Position numbers and translations under genes: made by a program. A DNA stretch of 64,000 nt, taken from Macrostomum lignano. Taxonomy: Eukaryota. Shown here one piece after another: positions 1 to 15,000 of the stretch (the first letter of the stretch is position 1; each line of letters begins with the position of its first letter). The notes beneath the pieces were generated by a model that had not been told where the DNA came from, did not search any database, and saw nothing but the letters and a program-made list of their open reading frames with translations. The stretch is from positions 1 to 64,000 of the forward strand of contig NIVC01002040.1 in the NCBI GenBank assembly GCA_002269645.1. Reading direction: 5' to 3'.

Positions 1-3000
1 AATCGCCCCCAAACTCAGTAAGAATCGCGCCCCAAACCTCAGTAAGAATCGCCCCAAACCTCAGTAAGAATCGCCCCAAACCTCAGTAAGAATCGCCCTA
101 AACCTCAAAGAATCGCCCCCAAACCTCAGTAAGAATCGCCCAAACCTCAGTAAGAATCGCCCCAAACCTCAGTAAAGAATCGCCCCAAACCTCAGTAAGA
201 ATCGCCCCAAACCTCAGTAAGAATCGCCCCAAACCTCAGTAAGAATCGCCCCAAACCTCAGTAAGAATCGCCCCCAAACCTCAGTAAGAATCGCCCCAAA
301 CCTCAGTAAGAATCGCCCCAAACCTCAGTAAGAATCGCCCCCAAACCTCAGTAAGAATCGCCCCAAACCTCAGTAAGAATCGCCCCTAAACCTCAGTAAG
401 AATCGCCCCCAAACCTCAGTAAGAATCGCCCCCAAACCTCAGTAAGAATCGCCCCAAACCTCAGTAAGAATCGCCCCCAAACCTCAGTAAGAATCGCCCC
501 AAACCTCAGTAAGAATCGCCCCAAAACCTCAGTAAGAATCGCCCCCAAACCTCAGTAAGAATCGCCCCAAACCTCAGTTAGAATCGCCCCAAACCTCAGT
601 AAGAATCGCCCCCAAACCTCAGTAAGAATCGCCCCCAAACCTCAGTAAGAATCGCCCAAACCTCAGTAAGAATCGCCCCAAACCTCAGTAAGAATCGCCC
701 CCAAACCTCAGTAAGAATCGCCCCCAAACCTCAGTAAGAATCGCCCCAAACCTCAGTAAGAATCGCCCCCAAACCTCAGTAAGAATCGCCCAAACCTCAG
801 TAAGAATCGCCCCCAAACCTCAGTAAGAATCGCCCCCAAACCTCAGTAAGAATCGCCCCAAACCTCAGTAAGAATCGCCCCCAAACCTCAATAAGAATCG
901 CCCCCAAACCTCAGTAAGAATCGCCCCCAAACCTCAGTAAGAATCGCCCCAAACCTCAGTAAGAATCGCCCCAAACCTCAGTAAGAATCGCCCCCAAACC
1001 TCAGTAAGAATCGCCCCCAAATCAGTAAGAATCGCCCCCAAACCTCAGTAAGAATCGCCCCCAAACCTCAGTAAGAATCGCCCCAAACCTCAGTAAGAAT
1101 CGCCCCCAAACCTCAGTAAGAATCGCCCCCAAACCTCAGTAAGAATCGCCCCAAACCTCAGTAAGAATCGCCCCCAAACCTCAGTAAGAATCGCCCCCAA
1201 ACCTCAGTAAGAATCGCCCCAAACCTCAGTAAGAATCGCCCCAAACCTCAGTAAGAATCGCCCCCAAACCTCAGTAAGAATCGCCCCAAACCTCAGTAAG
1301 AATCGCCCCAAACCTCAGTAAGAATCGCCCCCAAACCTCAGTAAGAATCGCCCAAACCTCAGTAAGAATCGCCCCAAACCTCAGTAAGAATCGCCCCAAA
1401 CCTCAGTAAGAATCGCCCCCAAACCTCAGTAAGAATCGCCCCCAAACCTCAGTAAGAATCGCCCCCAAACCTCAGTAAGAATCGCCCCAAACCTCAGTAA
1501 GAATCGCCCCAAACCTCAGTAAGAATCGCCCCCAAACCTCAGTAAGAATCGCCCCCAAACCTCAGTAAGAATCGCCCCCAAACCTCAGTAAGAATCGCCC
1601 CAAACCTCAGTAAGAATCGCCCCAAACCTCAGTAAGAATCGCCCCAAACCTCAGTAAGAATCGCCCCAAACCTCAGTAAGAATCGCCCCCAAACCTCAGT
1701 AAGAATCGCCCCCAAACCTCAGTAAGAATCGCCCCCAAACCTCAGTAAGAATCGCCCCAAACCTCAGTAAGAATCGCCCCCAAACCTCAGTAAGAATCGC
1801 CCCAAACCTCAGTAAGAATCGCCCCAAACCTCAGTAAGAATCGCCCCAAACCTCAGTAAGAATCGCCCCAAACCTCAGTAAGAATCGCCCCCAAACCTCA
1901 GTAAGAATCGCCCCAAACCTCAGTAAGAATCGCCCCAAACCTCAGTAAGAATCGCCCCCAAACCTCAGTAAGAATCGCCCCCAAACCTCAGTAAGAATCG
2001 CCCCCAAACCTCAGTAAGAATCGCCCCCAAACCTCAGTAAGAATCGCCCCAAACCTCAGTAAGAATCGCCCCAAACCTCAGTAAGAATCGCCCCAAACCT
2101 CAGTAAGAATCGCCCCCAAACCTCAGTAAGAATCGCCCCCAAACCTCAGTAAGAATCGCCCCCAAACCTCAGTAAGAATCGCCCCCAAACCTCAGTAAGA
2201 ATCGCCCCCAAACCTCAGTAAGAATCGCCCCCAAACCTCAGTAAGAATCGCCCCAAACCTCAGTAAGAATCGCCCCAAACCTCAGTAAGAATCGCCCCCA
2301 AACCTCAGTAAGAATCGCCCCCAAACCTCAGTAAGAATCGCCCCCAAACCTCAGTAAGAATCGCCCCAAACCTCAGTAAGAATCGCCCCAAACCTCAGTA
2401 AGAATCGCCCCCAAACCTCAGTAAGAATCGCCCCAAACCTCAGTAAGAATCGCCCCCAAACCTCAGTAAGAATCGCCCCCAAACCTCAGTAAGAATCGCC
2501 CCAAACCTCAGTAAGAATCGCCCCAAACCTCAGTAAGAATCGCCCCAAACCTCAGTAAGAATCGCCCCCAAACCTCAGTAAGAATCGCCCCAAACCTCAG
2601 TAAGAATCGCCCCCAAACCTCAGTAAGAATCGCCCCAAACCTCAGTAAGAATCGCCCCCAAACCTCAGTAAGAATCGCCCCAAACCTCAGTAAGAATCGC
2701 CCCCAAACCTCAGTAAGAATCGCCCCAAACCTCAGTAAGAATCGCCCCAAACCTCAGTAAGAATCGCCCCCAAACCTCAGTAAGAATCGCCCCCAAACCT
2801 CAGTAAGAATCGCCCCAAACCTCAGTAAGAATCGCCCCAAACCTCAGTAAGAATCGCCCCCAAACCTCAGTAAGAATCGCCCCCAAACCTCAGTAAGAAT
2901 CGCCCCAAACCTCAGTAAGAATCGCCCCCAAACCTCAGTAAGAATCGCCCCCAAACCTCAGTAAGAATCGCCCCAAACCTCAGTAAGAATCGCCCCCAAA

Positions 3001-6000
3001 CCTCAGTAAGAATCGCCCCCAAACCTCAGTAAGAATCGCCCCCAAACCTCAGTAAGAATCGCCCCAAACCTCAGTAAGAATCGCCCCCAAACCTCAGTAA
3101 GAATCGCCCCCAAACCTCAGTAAGAATCGCCCCCAAACCTCAGTAAGAATCGCCCCCAAACCTCAGTAAGAATCGCCCCAAACCTCAGTAAGAATCGCCC
3201 CAAACCTCAGTAAGAATCGCCCCCAAACCTCAGTAAGAATCGCCCCCAAACCTCAGTAAGAATCGCCCCAAACCTCAGTAAGAATCGCCCCAAACCTCAG
3301 TAAGAATCGCCCCCAAACCTCAGTAAGAATCGCCCCAAACCTCAGTAAGAATCGCCCCAAACCTCAGTAAGAATCGCCCCCAAACCTCAGTAAGAATCGC
3401 CCCCAAACCTCAGTAAGAATCGCCCCCAAACCTCAGTAAGAATCGCCCCCAAACCTCAGTAAGAATCGCCCCAAACCTCAGTAAGAATCGCCCCCAAACC
3501 TCAGTAAGAATCGCCCCAAACCTCAGTAAGAATCGCCCCAAACCTCAGTAAGAATCGCCCCCAAACCTCAGTAAGAATCGCCCCCAAACCTCAGTAAGAA
3601 TCGCCCCCAAACCTCAGTAAGAATCGCCCCCAAACCTCAGTAAGAATCGCCCCCAAACCTCAGTAAGAATCGCCCCCAAACCTCAGTAAGAATCGCCCCA
3701 AACCTCAGTAAGAATCGCCCCCAAACCTCAGTAAGAATCGCCCCCAAACCTCAGTAAGAATCGCCCCCAAACCTCAGTAAGAATCGCCCCAAACCTCAGT
3801 AAGAATCGCCCCCAAACCTCAGTAAGAATCGCCCCCAAACCTCAGTAAGAATCGCCCCCAAACCTCAGTAAGAATCGCCCCAAACCTCAGTAAGAATCGC
3901 CCCAAACCTCAGTAAGAATCGCCCCCAAACCTCAGTAAGAATCGCCCCCAAACCTCAGTAAGAATCGCCCCAAACCTCAGTAAGAATCGCCCCAAACCTC
4001 AGTAAGAATCGCCCCAAACCTCAGTAAGAATCGCCCCCAAACCTCAGTAAGAATCGCCCCAAACCTCAGTAAGAATCGCCCCAAACCTCAGTAAGAATCG
4101 CCCCAAACCTCAGTAAGAATCGCCCCCAAACCTCAGTAAGAATCGCCCCAAACCTCAGTAAGAATCGCCCCCAAACCTCAGTAAGAATCGCCCCAAACCT
4201 CAGTAAGAATCGCCCCAAACCTCAGTAAGAATCGCCCCCAAACCTCAGTAAGAATCGCCCCAAACCTCAGTAAGAATCGCCCCAAACCTCAGTAAGAATC
4301 GCCCCAAACCTCAGTAAGAATCGCCCCAAACCTCAGTAAGAATCGCCCCCAAACCTCAGTAAGAATCGCCCCCAAACCTCAGTAAGAATCGCCCCAAACC
4401 TCAGTAAGAATCGCCCCCAAACCTCAGTAAGAATCGCCCCAAACCTCAGTAAGAATCGCCCCCAAACCTCAGTAAGAATCGCCCCCAAACCTCAGTAAGA
4501 ATCGCCCCCAAACCTCAGTAAGAATCGCCCCCAAACCTCAGTAAGAATCGCCCCCAAACCTCAGTAAGAATCGCCCCCAAACCTCAGTAAGAATCGCCCC
4601 AAACCTCAGTAAGAATCGCCCCAAACCTCAGTAAGAATCGCCCCCAAACCTCAGTAAGAATCGCCCCCAAACCTCAGTAAGAATCGCCCCCAAACCTCAG
4701 TAAGAATCGCCCCCAAACCTCAGTAAGAATCGCCCCCAAACCTCAGTAAGAATCGCCCCCAAACCTCAGTAAGAATCGCCCCAAACCTCAGTAAGAATCG
4801 CCCCAAACCTCAGTAAGAATCGCCCCAAACCTCAGTAAGAATCGCCCCCAAACCTCAGTAAGAATCGCCCCCAAACCTCAGTAAGAATCGCCCCAAACCT
4901 CAGTAAGAATCGCCCCAAACCTCAGTAAGAATCGCCCCAAACCTCAGTAAGAATCGCCCCCAAACCTCAGTAAGAATCGCCCCCAAACCTCAGTAAGAAT
5001 CGCCCCCAAACCTCAGTAAGAATCGCCCCCAAACCTCAGTAAGAATCGCCCCCAAACCTCAGTAAGAATCGCCCCAAACCTCAGTAAGAATCGCCCCCAA
5101 ACCTCAGTAAGAATCGCCCCCAAACCTCAGTAAGAATCGCCCCCAAACCTCAGTAAGAATCGCCCCCAAACCTCAGTAAGAATCGCCCCCAAACCTCAGT
5201 AAGAATCGCCCCCAAACCTCAGTAAGAATCGCCCCAAACCTCAGTAAGAATCGCCCCCAAACCTCAGTAAGAATCGCCCCAAACCTCAGTAAGAATCGCC
5301 CCAAACCTCAGTAAGAATCGCCCCAAACCTCAGTAAGAATCGCCCCAAACCTCAGTAAGAATCGCCCCAAACCTCAGTAAGAATCGCCCCCAAACCTCAG
5401 TAAGAATCGCCCCAAACCTCAGTAAGAATCGCCCCCAAACCTCAGTAAGAATCGCCCCCAAACCTCAGTAAGAATCGCCCCAAACCTCAGTAAGAATCGC
5501 CCCAAACCTCAGTAAGAATCGCCCCAAACCTCAGTAAGAATCGCCCCCAAACCTCAGTAAGAATCGCCCCCAAACCTCAGTAAGAATCGCCCCCAAACCT
5601 CAGTAAGAATCGCCCCAAACCTCAGTAAGAATCGCCCCAAACCTCAGTAAGAATCGCCCCAAACCTCAGTAAGAATCGCCCCCAAACCTCAGTAAGAATC
5701 GCCCCCAAACCTCAGTAAGAATCGCCCCAAACCTCAGTAAGAATCGCCCCCAAACCTCAGTAAGAATCGCCCCCAAACCTCAGTAAGAATCGCCCCAAAC
5801 CTCAGTAAGAATCGCCCCCAAACCTCAGTAAGAATCGCCCCCAAACCTCAGTAAGAATCGCCCCAAACCTCAGTAAGAATCGCCCCCAAACCTCAGTAAG
5901 AATCGCCCCCAAACCTCAGTAAGAATCGCCCCAAACCTCAGTAAGAATCGCCCCAAACCTCAGTAAGAATCGCCCCAAACCTCAGTAAGAATCGCCCCAA

Positions 6001-9000
6001 ACCTCAGTAAGAATCGCCCCCAAACCTCAGTAAGAATCGCCCCAAACCTCAGTAAGAATCGCCCCCAAACCTCAGTAAGAATCGCCCCCAAACCTCAGTA
6101 AGAATCGCCCCAAACCTCAGTAAGAATCGCCCCCAAACCTCAGTAAGAATCGCCCCAAACCTCAGTAAGAATCGCCCCCAAACCTCAGTAAGAATCGCCC
6201 CCAAACCTCAGTAAGAATCGCCCCAAACCTCAGTAAGAATCGCCCCCAAACCTCAGTAAGAATCGCCCCCAAACCTCAGTAAGAATCGCCCCCAAACCTC
6301 AGTAAGAATCGCCCCAAACCTCAGTAAGAATCGCCCCAAACCTCAGTAAGAATCGCCCCCAAACCTCAGTAAGAATCGCCCCCAAACCTCAGTAAGAATC
6401 GCCCCAAACCTCAGTAAGAATCGCCCCAAACCTCAGTAAGAATCGCCCCAAACCTCAGTAAGAATCGCCCCCAAACCTCAGTAAGAATCGCCCCCAAACC
6501 TCAGTAAGAATCGCCCCAAACCTCAGTAAGAATCGCCCCAAACCTCAGTAAGAATCGCCCCCAAACCTCAGTAAGAATCGCCCCCAAACCTCAGTAAGAA
6601 TCGCCCCCAAACCTCAGTAAGAATCGCCCCAAACCTCAGTAAGAATCGCCCCAAACCTCAGTAAGAATCGCCCCAAACCTCAGTAAGAATCGCCCCAAAC
6701 CTCAGTAAGAATCGCCCCCAAACCTCAGTAAGAATCGCCCCCAAACCTCAGTAAGAATCGCCCCCAAACCTCAGTAAGAATCGCCCCAAACCTCAGTAAG
6801 AATCGCCCCCAAACCTCAGTAAGAATCGCCCCAAACCTCAGTAAGAATCGCCCCAAACCTCAGTAAGAATCGCCCCAAACCTCAGTAAGAATCGCCCCCA
6901 AACCTCAGTAAGAATCGCCCCCAAACCTCAGTAAGAATCGCCCCCAAACCTCAGTAAGAATCGCCCCCAAACCTCAGTAAGAATCGCCCCAAACCTCAGT
7001 AAGAATCGCCCCCAAACCTCAGTAAGAATCGCCCCCAAACCTCAGTAAGAATCGCCCCAAACCTCAGTAAGAATCGCCCCCAAACCTCAGTAAGAATCGC
7101 CCCAAACCTCAGTAAGAATCGCCCCCAAACCTCAGTAAGAATCGCCCCCAAACCTCAGTAAGAATCGCCCCCAAACCTCAGTAAGAATCGCCCCCAAACC
7201 TCAGTAAGAATCGCCCCAAACCTCAGTAAGAATCGCCCCAAACCTCAGTAAGAATCGCCCCCAAACCTCAGTAAGAATCGCCCCCAAACCTCAGTAAGAA
7301 TCGCCCCAAACCTCAGTAAGAATCGCCCCAAACCTCAGTAAGAATCGCCCCCAAACCTCAGTAAGAATCGCCCCCAAACCTCAGTAAGAATCGCCCCCAA
7401 ACCTCAGTAAGAATCGCCCCAAACCTCAGTAAGAATCGCCCCCAAACCTCAGTAAGAATCGCCCCCAAACCTCAGTAAGAATCGCCCCAAACCTCAGTAA
7501 GAATCGCCCCCAAACCTCAGTAAGAATCGCCCCCAAACCTCAGTAAGAATCGCCCCCAAACCTCAGTAAGAATCGCCCCAAACCTCAGTAAGAATCGCCC
7601 CAAACCTCAGTAAGAATCGCCCCCAAACCTCAGTAAGAATCGCCCCCAAACCTCAGTAAGAATCGCCCCAAACCTCAGTAAGAATCGCCCCAAACCTCAG
7701 TAAGAATCGCCCCAAACCTCAGTAAGAATCGCCCCCAAACCTCAGTAAGAATCGCCCCAAACCTCAGTAAGAATCGCCCCAAACCTCAGTAAGAATCGCC
7801 CCAAACCTCAGTAAGAATCGCCCCCAAACCTCAGTAAGAATCGCCCCAAACCTCAGTAAGAATCGCCCCCAAACCTCAGTAAGAATCGCCCCCAAACCTC
7901 AGTAAGAATCGCCCCCAAACCTCAGTAAGAATCGCCCCAAACCTCAGTAAGAATCGCCCCAAACCTCAGTAAGAATCGCCCCCAAACCTCAGTAAGAATC
8001 GCCCCAAACCTCAGTAAGAATCGCCCCAAACCTCAGTAAGAATCGCCCCCAAACCTCAGTAAGAATCGCCCCCAAACCTCAGTAAGAATCGCCCCAAACC
8101 TCAGTAAGAATCGCCCCAAACCTCAGTAAGAATCGCCCCCAAACCTCAGTAAGAATCGCCCCCAAACCTCAGTAAGAATCGCCCCCAAACCTCAGTAAGA
8201 ATCGCCCCAAACCTCAGTAAGAATCGCCCCAAACCTCAGTAAGAATCGCCCCAAACCTCAGTAAGAATCGCCCCAAACCTCAGTAAGAATCGCCCCCAAA
8301 CCTCAGTAAGAATCGCCCCAAACCTCAGTAAGAATCGCCCCAAACCTCAGTAAGAATCGCCCCAAACCTCAGTAAGAATCGCCCCCAAACCTCAGTAAGA
8401 ATCGCCCCAAACCTCAGTAAGAATCGCCCCCAAACCTCAGTAAGAATCGCCCCCAAACCTCAGTAAGAATCGCCCCAAACCTCAGTAAGAATCGCCCCAA
8501 ACCTCAGTAAGAATCGCCCCAAACCTCAGTAAGAATCGCCCCCAAACCTCAGTAAGAATCGCCCCAAACCTCAGTAAGAATCGCCCCCAAACCTCAGTAA
8601 GAATCGCCCCAAACCTCAGTAAGAATCGCCCCCAAACCTCAGTAAGAATCGCCCCAAACCTCAGTAAGAATCGCCCCAAACCTCAGTAAGAATCGCCCCC
8701 AAACCTCAGTAAGAATCGCCCCCAAACCTCAGTAAGAATCGCCCCCAAACCTCAGTAAGAATCGCCCCCAAACCTCAGTAAGAATCGCCCCAAACCTCAG
8801 TAAGAATCGCCCCAAACCTCAGTAAGAATCGCCCCAAACCTCAGTAAGAATCGCCCCCAAACCTCAGTAAGAATCGCCCCAAACCTCAGTAAGAATCGCC
8901 CCCAAACCTCAGTAAGAATCGCCCCCAAACCTCAGTAAGAATCGCCCCAAACCTCAGTAAGAATCGCCCCCAAACCTCAGTAAGAATCGCCCCCAAACCT

Positions 9001-12000
9001 CAGTAAGAATCGCCCCCAAACCTCAGTAAGAATCGCCCCCAAACCTCAGTAAGAATCGCCCCCAAACCTCAGTAAGAATCGCCCCAAACCTCAGTAAGAA
9101 TCGCCCCCAAACCTCAGTAAGAATCGCCCCAAACCTCAGTAAGAATCGCCCCAAACCTCAGTAAGAATCGCCCCAAACCTCAGTAAGAATCGCCCCCAAA
9201 CCTCAGTAAGAATCGCCCCCAAACCTCAGTAAGAATCGCCCCCAAACCTCAGTAAGAATCGCCCCCAAACCTCAGTAAGAATCGCCCCAAACCTCAGTAA
9301 GAATCGCCCCCAAACCTCAGTAAGAATCGCCCCAAACCTCAGTAAGAATCGCCCCCAAACCTCAGTAAGAATCGCCCCCAAACCTCAGTAAGAATCGCCC
9401 CCAAACCTCAGTAAGAATCGCCCCAAACCTCAGTAAGAATCGCCCCAAACCTCAGTAAGAATCGCCCCAAACCTCAGTAAGAATCGCCCCCAAACCTCAG
9501 TAAGAATCGCCCCCAAACCTCAGTAAGAATCGCCCCCAAACCTCAGTAAGAATCGCCCCCAAACCTCAGTAAGAATCGCCCCCAAACCTCAGTAAGAATC
9601 GCCCCCAAACCTCAGTAAGAATCGCCCCAAACCTCAGTAAGAATCGCCCCCAAACCTCAGTAAGAATCGCCCCCAAACCTCAGTAAGAATCGCCCCAAAC
9701 CTCAGTAAGAATCGCCCCAAACCTCAGTAAGAATCGCCCCCAAACCTCAGTAAGAATCGCCCCCAAACCTCAGTAAGAATCGCCCCCAAACCTCAGTAAG
9801 AATCGCCCCAAACCTCAGTAAGAATCGCCCCAAACCTCAGTAAGAATCGCCCCCAAACCTCAGTAAGAATCGCCCCAAACCTCAGTAAGAATCGCCCCCA
9901 AACCTCAGTAAGAATCGCCCCCAAACCTCAGTAAGAATCGCCCCCAAACCTCAGTAAGAATCGCCCCAAACCTCAGTAAGAATCGCCCCAAACCTCAGTA
10001 AGAATCGCCCCCAAACCTCAGTAAGAATCGCCCCCAAACCTCAGTAAGAATCGCCCCAAACCTCAGTAAGAATCGCCCCAAACCTCAGTAAGAATCGCCC
10101 CAAACCTCAGTAAGAATCGCCCCCAAACCTCAGTAAGAATCGCCCCAAACCTCAGTAAGAATCGCCCCCAAACCTCAGTAAGAATCGCCCCCAAACCTCA
10201 GTAAGAATCGCCCCCAAACCTCAGTAAGAATCGCCCCAAACCTCAGTAAGAATCGCCCCAAACCTCAGTAAGAATCGCCCCAAACCTCAGTAAGAATCGC
10301 CCCCAAACCTCAGTAAGAATCGCCCCCAAACCTCAGTAAGAATCGCCCCAAACCTCAGTAAGAATCGCCCCCAAACCTCAGTAAGAATCGCCCCAAACCT
10401 CAGTAAGAATCGCCCCAAACCTCAGTAAGAATCGCCCCAAACCTCAGTAAGAATCGCCCCAAACCTCAGTAAGAATCGCCCCAAACCTCAGTAAGAATCG
10501 CCCCAAACCTCAGTAAGAATCGCCCCCAAACCTCAGTAAGAATCGCCCCCAAACCTCAGTAAGAATCGCCCCAAACCTCAGTAAGAATCGCCCCCAAACC
10601 TCAGTAAGAATCGCCCCCAAACCTCAGTAAGAATCGCCCCCAAACCTCAGTAAGAATCGCCCCAAACCTCAGTAAGAATCGCCCCCAAACCTCAGTAAGA
10701 ATCGCCCCCAAACCTCAGTAAGAATCGCCCCCAAACCTCAGTAAGAATCGCCCCCAAACCTCAGTAAGAATCGCCCCCAAACCTCAGTAAGAATCGCCCC
10801 CAAACCTCAGTAAGAATCGCCCCCAAACCTCAGTAAGAATCGCCCCCAAACCTCAGTAAGAATCGCCCCAAACCTCAGTAAGAATCGCCCCAAACCTCAG
10901 TAAGAATCGCCCCAAACCTCAGTAAGAATCGCCCCAAACCTCAGTAAGAATCGCCCCAAACCTCAGTAAGAATCGCCCCCAAACCTCAGTAAGAATCGCC
11001 CCCAAACCTCAGTAAGAATCGCCCCCAAACCTCAGTAAGAATCGCCCCCAAACCTCAGTAAGAATCGCCCCCAAACCTCAGTAAGAATCGCCCCCAAACC
11101 TCAGTAAGAATCGCCCCCAAACCTCAGTAAGAATCGCCCCCAAACCTCAGTAAGAATCGCCCCAAACCTCAGTAAGAATCGCCCCAAACCTCAGTAAGAA
11201 TCGCCCCAAACCTCAGTAAGAATCGCCCCCAAACCTCAGTAAGAATCGCCCCCAAACCTCAGTAAGAATCGCCCCAAACCTCAGTAAGAATCGCCCCAAA
11301 CCTCAGTAAGAATCGCCCCCAAACCTCAGTAAGAATCGCCCCCAAACCTCAGTAAGAATCGCCCCCAAACCTCAGTAAGAATCGCCCCAAACCTCAGTAA
11401 GAATCGCCCCCAAACCTCAGTAAGAATCGCCCCCAAACCTCAGTAAGAATCGCCCCAAACCTCAGTAAGAATCGCCCCAAACCTCAGTAAGAATCGCCCC
11501 CAAACCTCAGTAAGAATCGCCCCCAAACCTCAGTAAGAATCGCCCCAAACCTCAGTAAGAATCGCCCCAAACCTCAGTAAGAATCGCCCCCAAACCTCAG
11601 TAAGAATCGCCCCAAACCTCAGTAAGAATCGCCCCCAAACCTCAGTAAGAATCGCCCCAAACCTCAGTAAGAATCGCCCCCAAACCTCAGTAAGAATCGC
11701 CCCCAAACCTCAGTAAGAATCGCCCCCAAACCTCAGTAAGAATCGCCCCCAAACCTCAGTAAGAATCGCCCCAAACCTCAGTAAGAATCGCCCCAAACCT
11801 CAGTAAGAATCGCCCCAAACCTCAGTAAGAATCGCCCCAAACCTCAGTAAGAATCGCCCCCAAACCTCAGTAAGAATCGCCCCAAACCTCAGTAAGAATC
11901 GCCCCAAACCTCAGTAAGAATCGCCCCAAACCTCAGTAAGAATCGCCCCAAACCTCAGTAAGAATCGCCCCAAACCTCAGTAAGAATCGCCCCAAACCTC

Positions 12001-15000
12001 AGTAAGAATCGCCCCAAACCTCAGTAAGAATCGCCCCCAAACCTCAGTAAGAATCGCCCCAAACCTCAGTAAGAATCGCCCCCAAACCTCAGTAAGAATC
12101 GCCCCCAAACCTCAGTAAGAATCGCCCCCAAACCTCAGTAAGAATCGCCCCAAACCTCAGTAAGAATCGCCCCAAACCTCAGTAAGAATCGCCCCCAAAC
12201 CTCAGTAAGAATCGCCCCAAACCTCAGTAAGAATCGCCCCAAACCTCAGTAAGAATCGCCCCAAACCTCAGTAAGAATCGCCCCCAAACCTCAGTAAGAA
12301 TCGCCCCAAACCTCAGTAAGAATCGCCCCAAACCTCAGTAAGAATCGCCCCAAACCTCAGTAAGAATCGCCCCAAACCTCAGTAAGAATCGCCCCAAACC
12401 TCAGTAAGAATCGCCCCAAACCTCAGTAAGAATCGCCCCAAACCTCAGTAAGAATCGCCCCAAACCTCAGTAAGAATCGCCCCAAACCTCAGTAAGAATC
12501 GCCCCAAACCTCAGTAAGAATCGCCCCCAAACCTCAGTAAGAATCGCCCCCAAACCTCAGTAAGAATCGCCCCCAAACCTCAGTAAGAATCGCCCCAAAC
12601 CTCAGTAAGAATCGCCCCAAACCTCAGTAAGAATCGCCCCAAACCTCAGTAAGAATCGCCCCAAACCTCAGTAAGAATCGCCCCAAACCTCAGTAAGAAT
12701 CGCCCCAAACCTCAGTAAGAATCGCCCCAAACCTCAGTAAGAATCGCCCCCAAACCTCAGTAAGAATCGCCCCCAAACCTCAGTAAGAATCGCCCCCAAA
12801 CCTCAGTAAGAATCGCCCCAAACCTCAGTAAGAATCGCCCCCAAACCTCAGTAAGAATCGCCCCAAACCTCAGTAAGAATCGCCCCAAACCTCAGTAAGA
12901 ATCGCCCCCAAACCTCAGTAAGAATCGCCCCAAACCTCAGTAAGAATCGCCCCAAACCTCAGTAAGAATCGCCCCAAACCTCAGTAAGAATCGCCCCCAA
13001 ACCTCAGTAAGAATCGCCCCCAAACCTCAGTAAGAATCGCCCCCAAACCTCAGTAAGAATCGCCCCCAAACCTCAGTAAGAATCGCCCCAAACCTCAGTA
13101 AGAATCGCCCCAAACCTCAGTAAGAATCGCCCCCAAACCTCAGTAAGAATCGCCCCCAAACCTCAGTAAGAATCGCCCCCAAACCTCAGTAAGAATCGCC
13201 CCCAAACCTCAGTAAGAATCGCCCCCAAACCTCAGTAAGAATCGCCCCCAAACCTCAGTAAGAATCGCCCCCAAACCTCAGTAAGAATCGCCCCCAAACC
13301 TCAGTAAGAATCGCCCCCAAACCTCAGTAAGAATCGCCCCCAAACCTCAGTAAGAATCGCCCCCAAACCTCAGTAAGAATCGCCCCCAAACCTCAGTAAG
13401 AATCGCCCCCAAACCTCAGTAAGAATCGCCCCAAACCTCAGTAAGAATCGCCCCAAACCTCAGTAAGAATCGCCCCCAAACCTCAGTAAGAATCGCCCCA
13501 AACCTCAGTAAGAATCGCCCCAAACCTCAGTAAGAATCGCCCCCAAACCTCAGTAAGAATCGCCCCAAACCTCAGTAAGAATCGCCCCCAAACCTCAGTA
13601 AGAATCGCCCCAAACCTCAGTAAGAATCGCCCCAAACCTCAGTAAGAATCGCCCCAAACCTCAGTAAGAATCGCCCCAAACCTCAGTAAGAATCGCCCCC
13701 AAACCTCAGTAAGAATCGCCCCCAAACCTCAGTAAGAATCGCCCCAAACCTCAGTAAGAATCGCCCCAAACCTCAGTAAGAATCGCCCCAAACCTCAGTA
13801 AGAATCGCCCCCAAACCTCAGTAAGAATCGCCCCCAAACCTCAGTAAGAATCGCCCCAAACCTCAGTAAGAATCGCCCCAAACCTCAGTAAGAATCGCCC
13901 CAAACCTCAGTAAGAATCGCCCCAAACCTCAGTAAGAATCGCCCCAAACCTCAGTAAGAATCGCCCCAAACCTCAGTAAGAATCGCCCCCAAACCTCAGT
14001 AAGAATCGCCCCCAAACCTCAGTAAGAATCGCCCCAAACCTCAGTAAGAATCGCCCCCAAACCTCAGTAAGAATCGCCCCCAAACCTCAGTAAGAATCGC
14101 CCCAAACCTCAGTAAGAATCGCCCCAAACCTCAGTAAGAATCGCCCCAAACCTCAGTAAGAATCGCCCCCAAACCTCAGTAAGAATCGCCCCAAACCTCA
14201 GTAAGAATCGCCCCAAACCTCAGTAAGAATCGCCCCCAAACCTCAGTAAGAATCGCCCCCAAACCTCAGTAAGAATCGCCCCCAAACCTCAGTAAGAATC
14301 GCCCCCAAACCTCAGTAAGAATCGCCCCAAACCTCAGTAAGAATCGCCCCCAAACCTCAGTAAGAATCGCCCCAAACCTCAGTAAGAATCGCCCCAAACC
14401 TCAGTAAGAATCGCCCCAAACCTCAGTAAGAATCGCCCCAAACCTCAGTAAGAATCGCCCCAAACCTCAGTAAGAATCGCCCCCAAACCTCAGTAAGAAT
14501 CGCCCCAAACCTCAGTAAGAATCGCCCCAAACCTCAGTAAGAATCGCCCCAAACCTCAGTAAGAATCGCCCCAAACCTCAGTAAGAATCGCCCCAAACCT
14601 CAGTAAGAATCGCCCCAAACCTCAGTAAGAATCGCCCCAAACCTCAGTAAGAATCGCCCCAAACCTCAGTAAGAATCGCCCCAAACCTCAGTAAGAATCG
14701 CCCCAAACCTCAGTAAGAATCGCCCCAAACCTCAGTAAGAATCGCCCCAAACCTCAGTAAGAATCGCCCCAAACCTCAGTAAGAATCGCCCCAAACCTCA
14801 GTAAGAATCGCCCCAAACCTCAGTAAGAATCGCCCCAAACCTCAGTAAGAATCGCCCCAAACCTCAGTAAGAATCGCCCCCAAACCTCAGTAAGAATCGC
14901 CCCAAACCTCAGTAAGAATCGCCCCAAACCTCAGTAAGAATCGCCCCAAACCTCAGTAAGAATCGCCCCAAACCTCAGTAGAATCGCCCCAAACCTCAGT

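Noticed and set aside
2508-8679. ORFs MGRFLLRFGAILTEVW... on the minus strand of the satellite
   Set aside because: They arise wherever 22-bp and 23-bp units alternate (45 nt = 15 codons); no coding signal.
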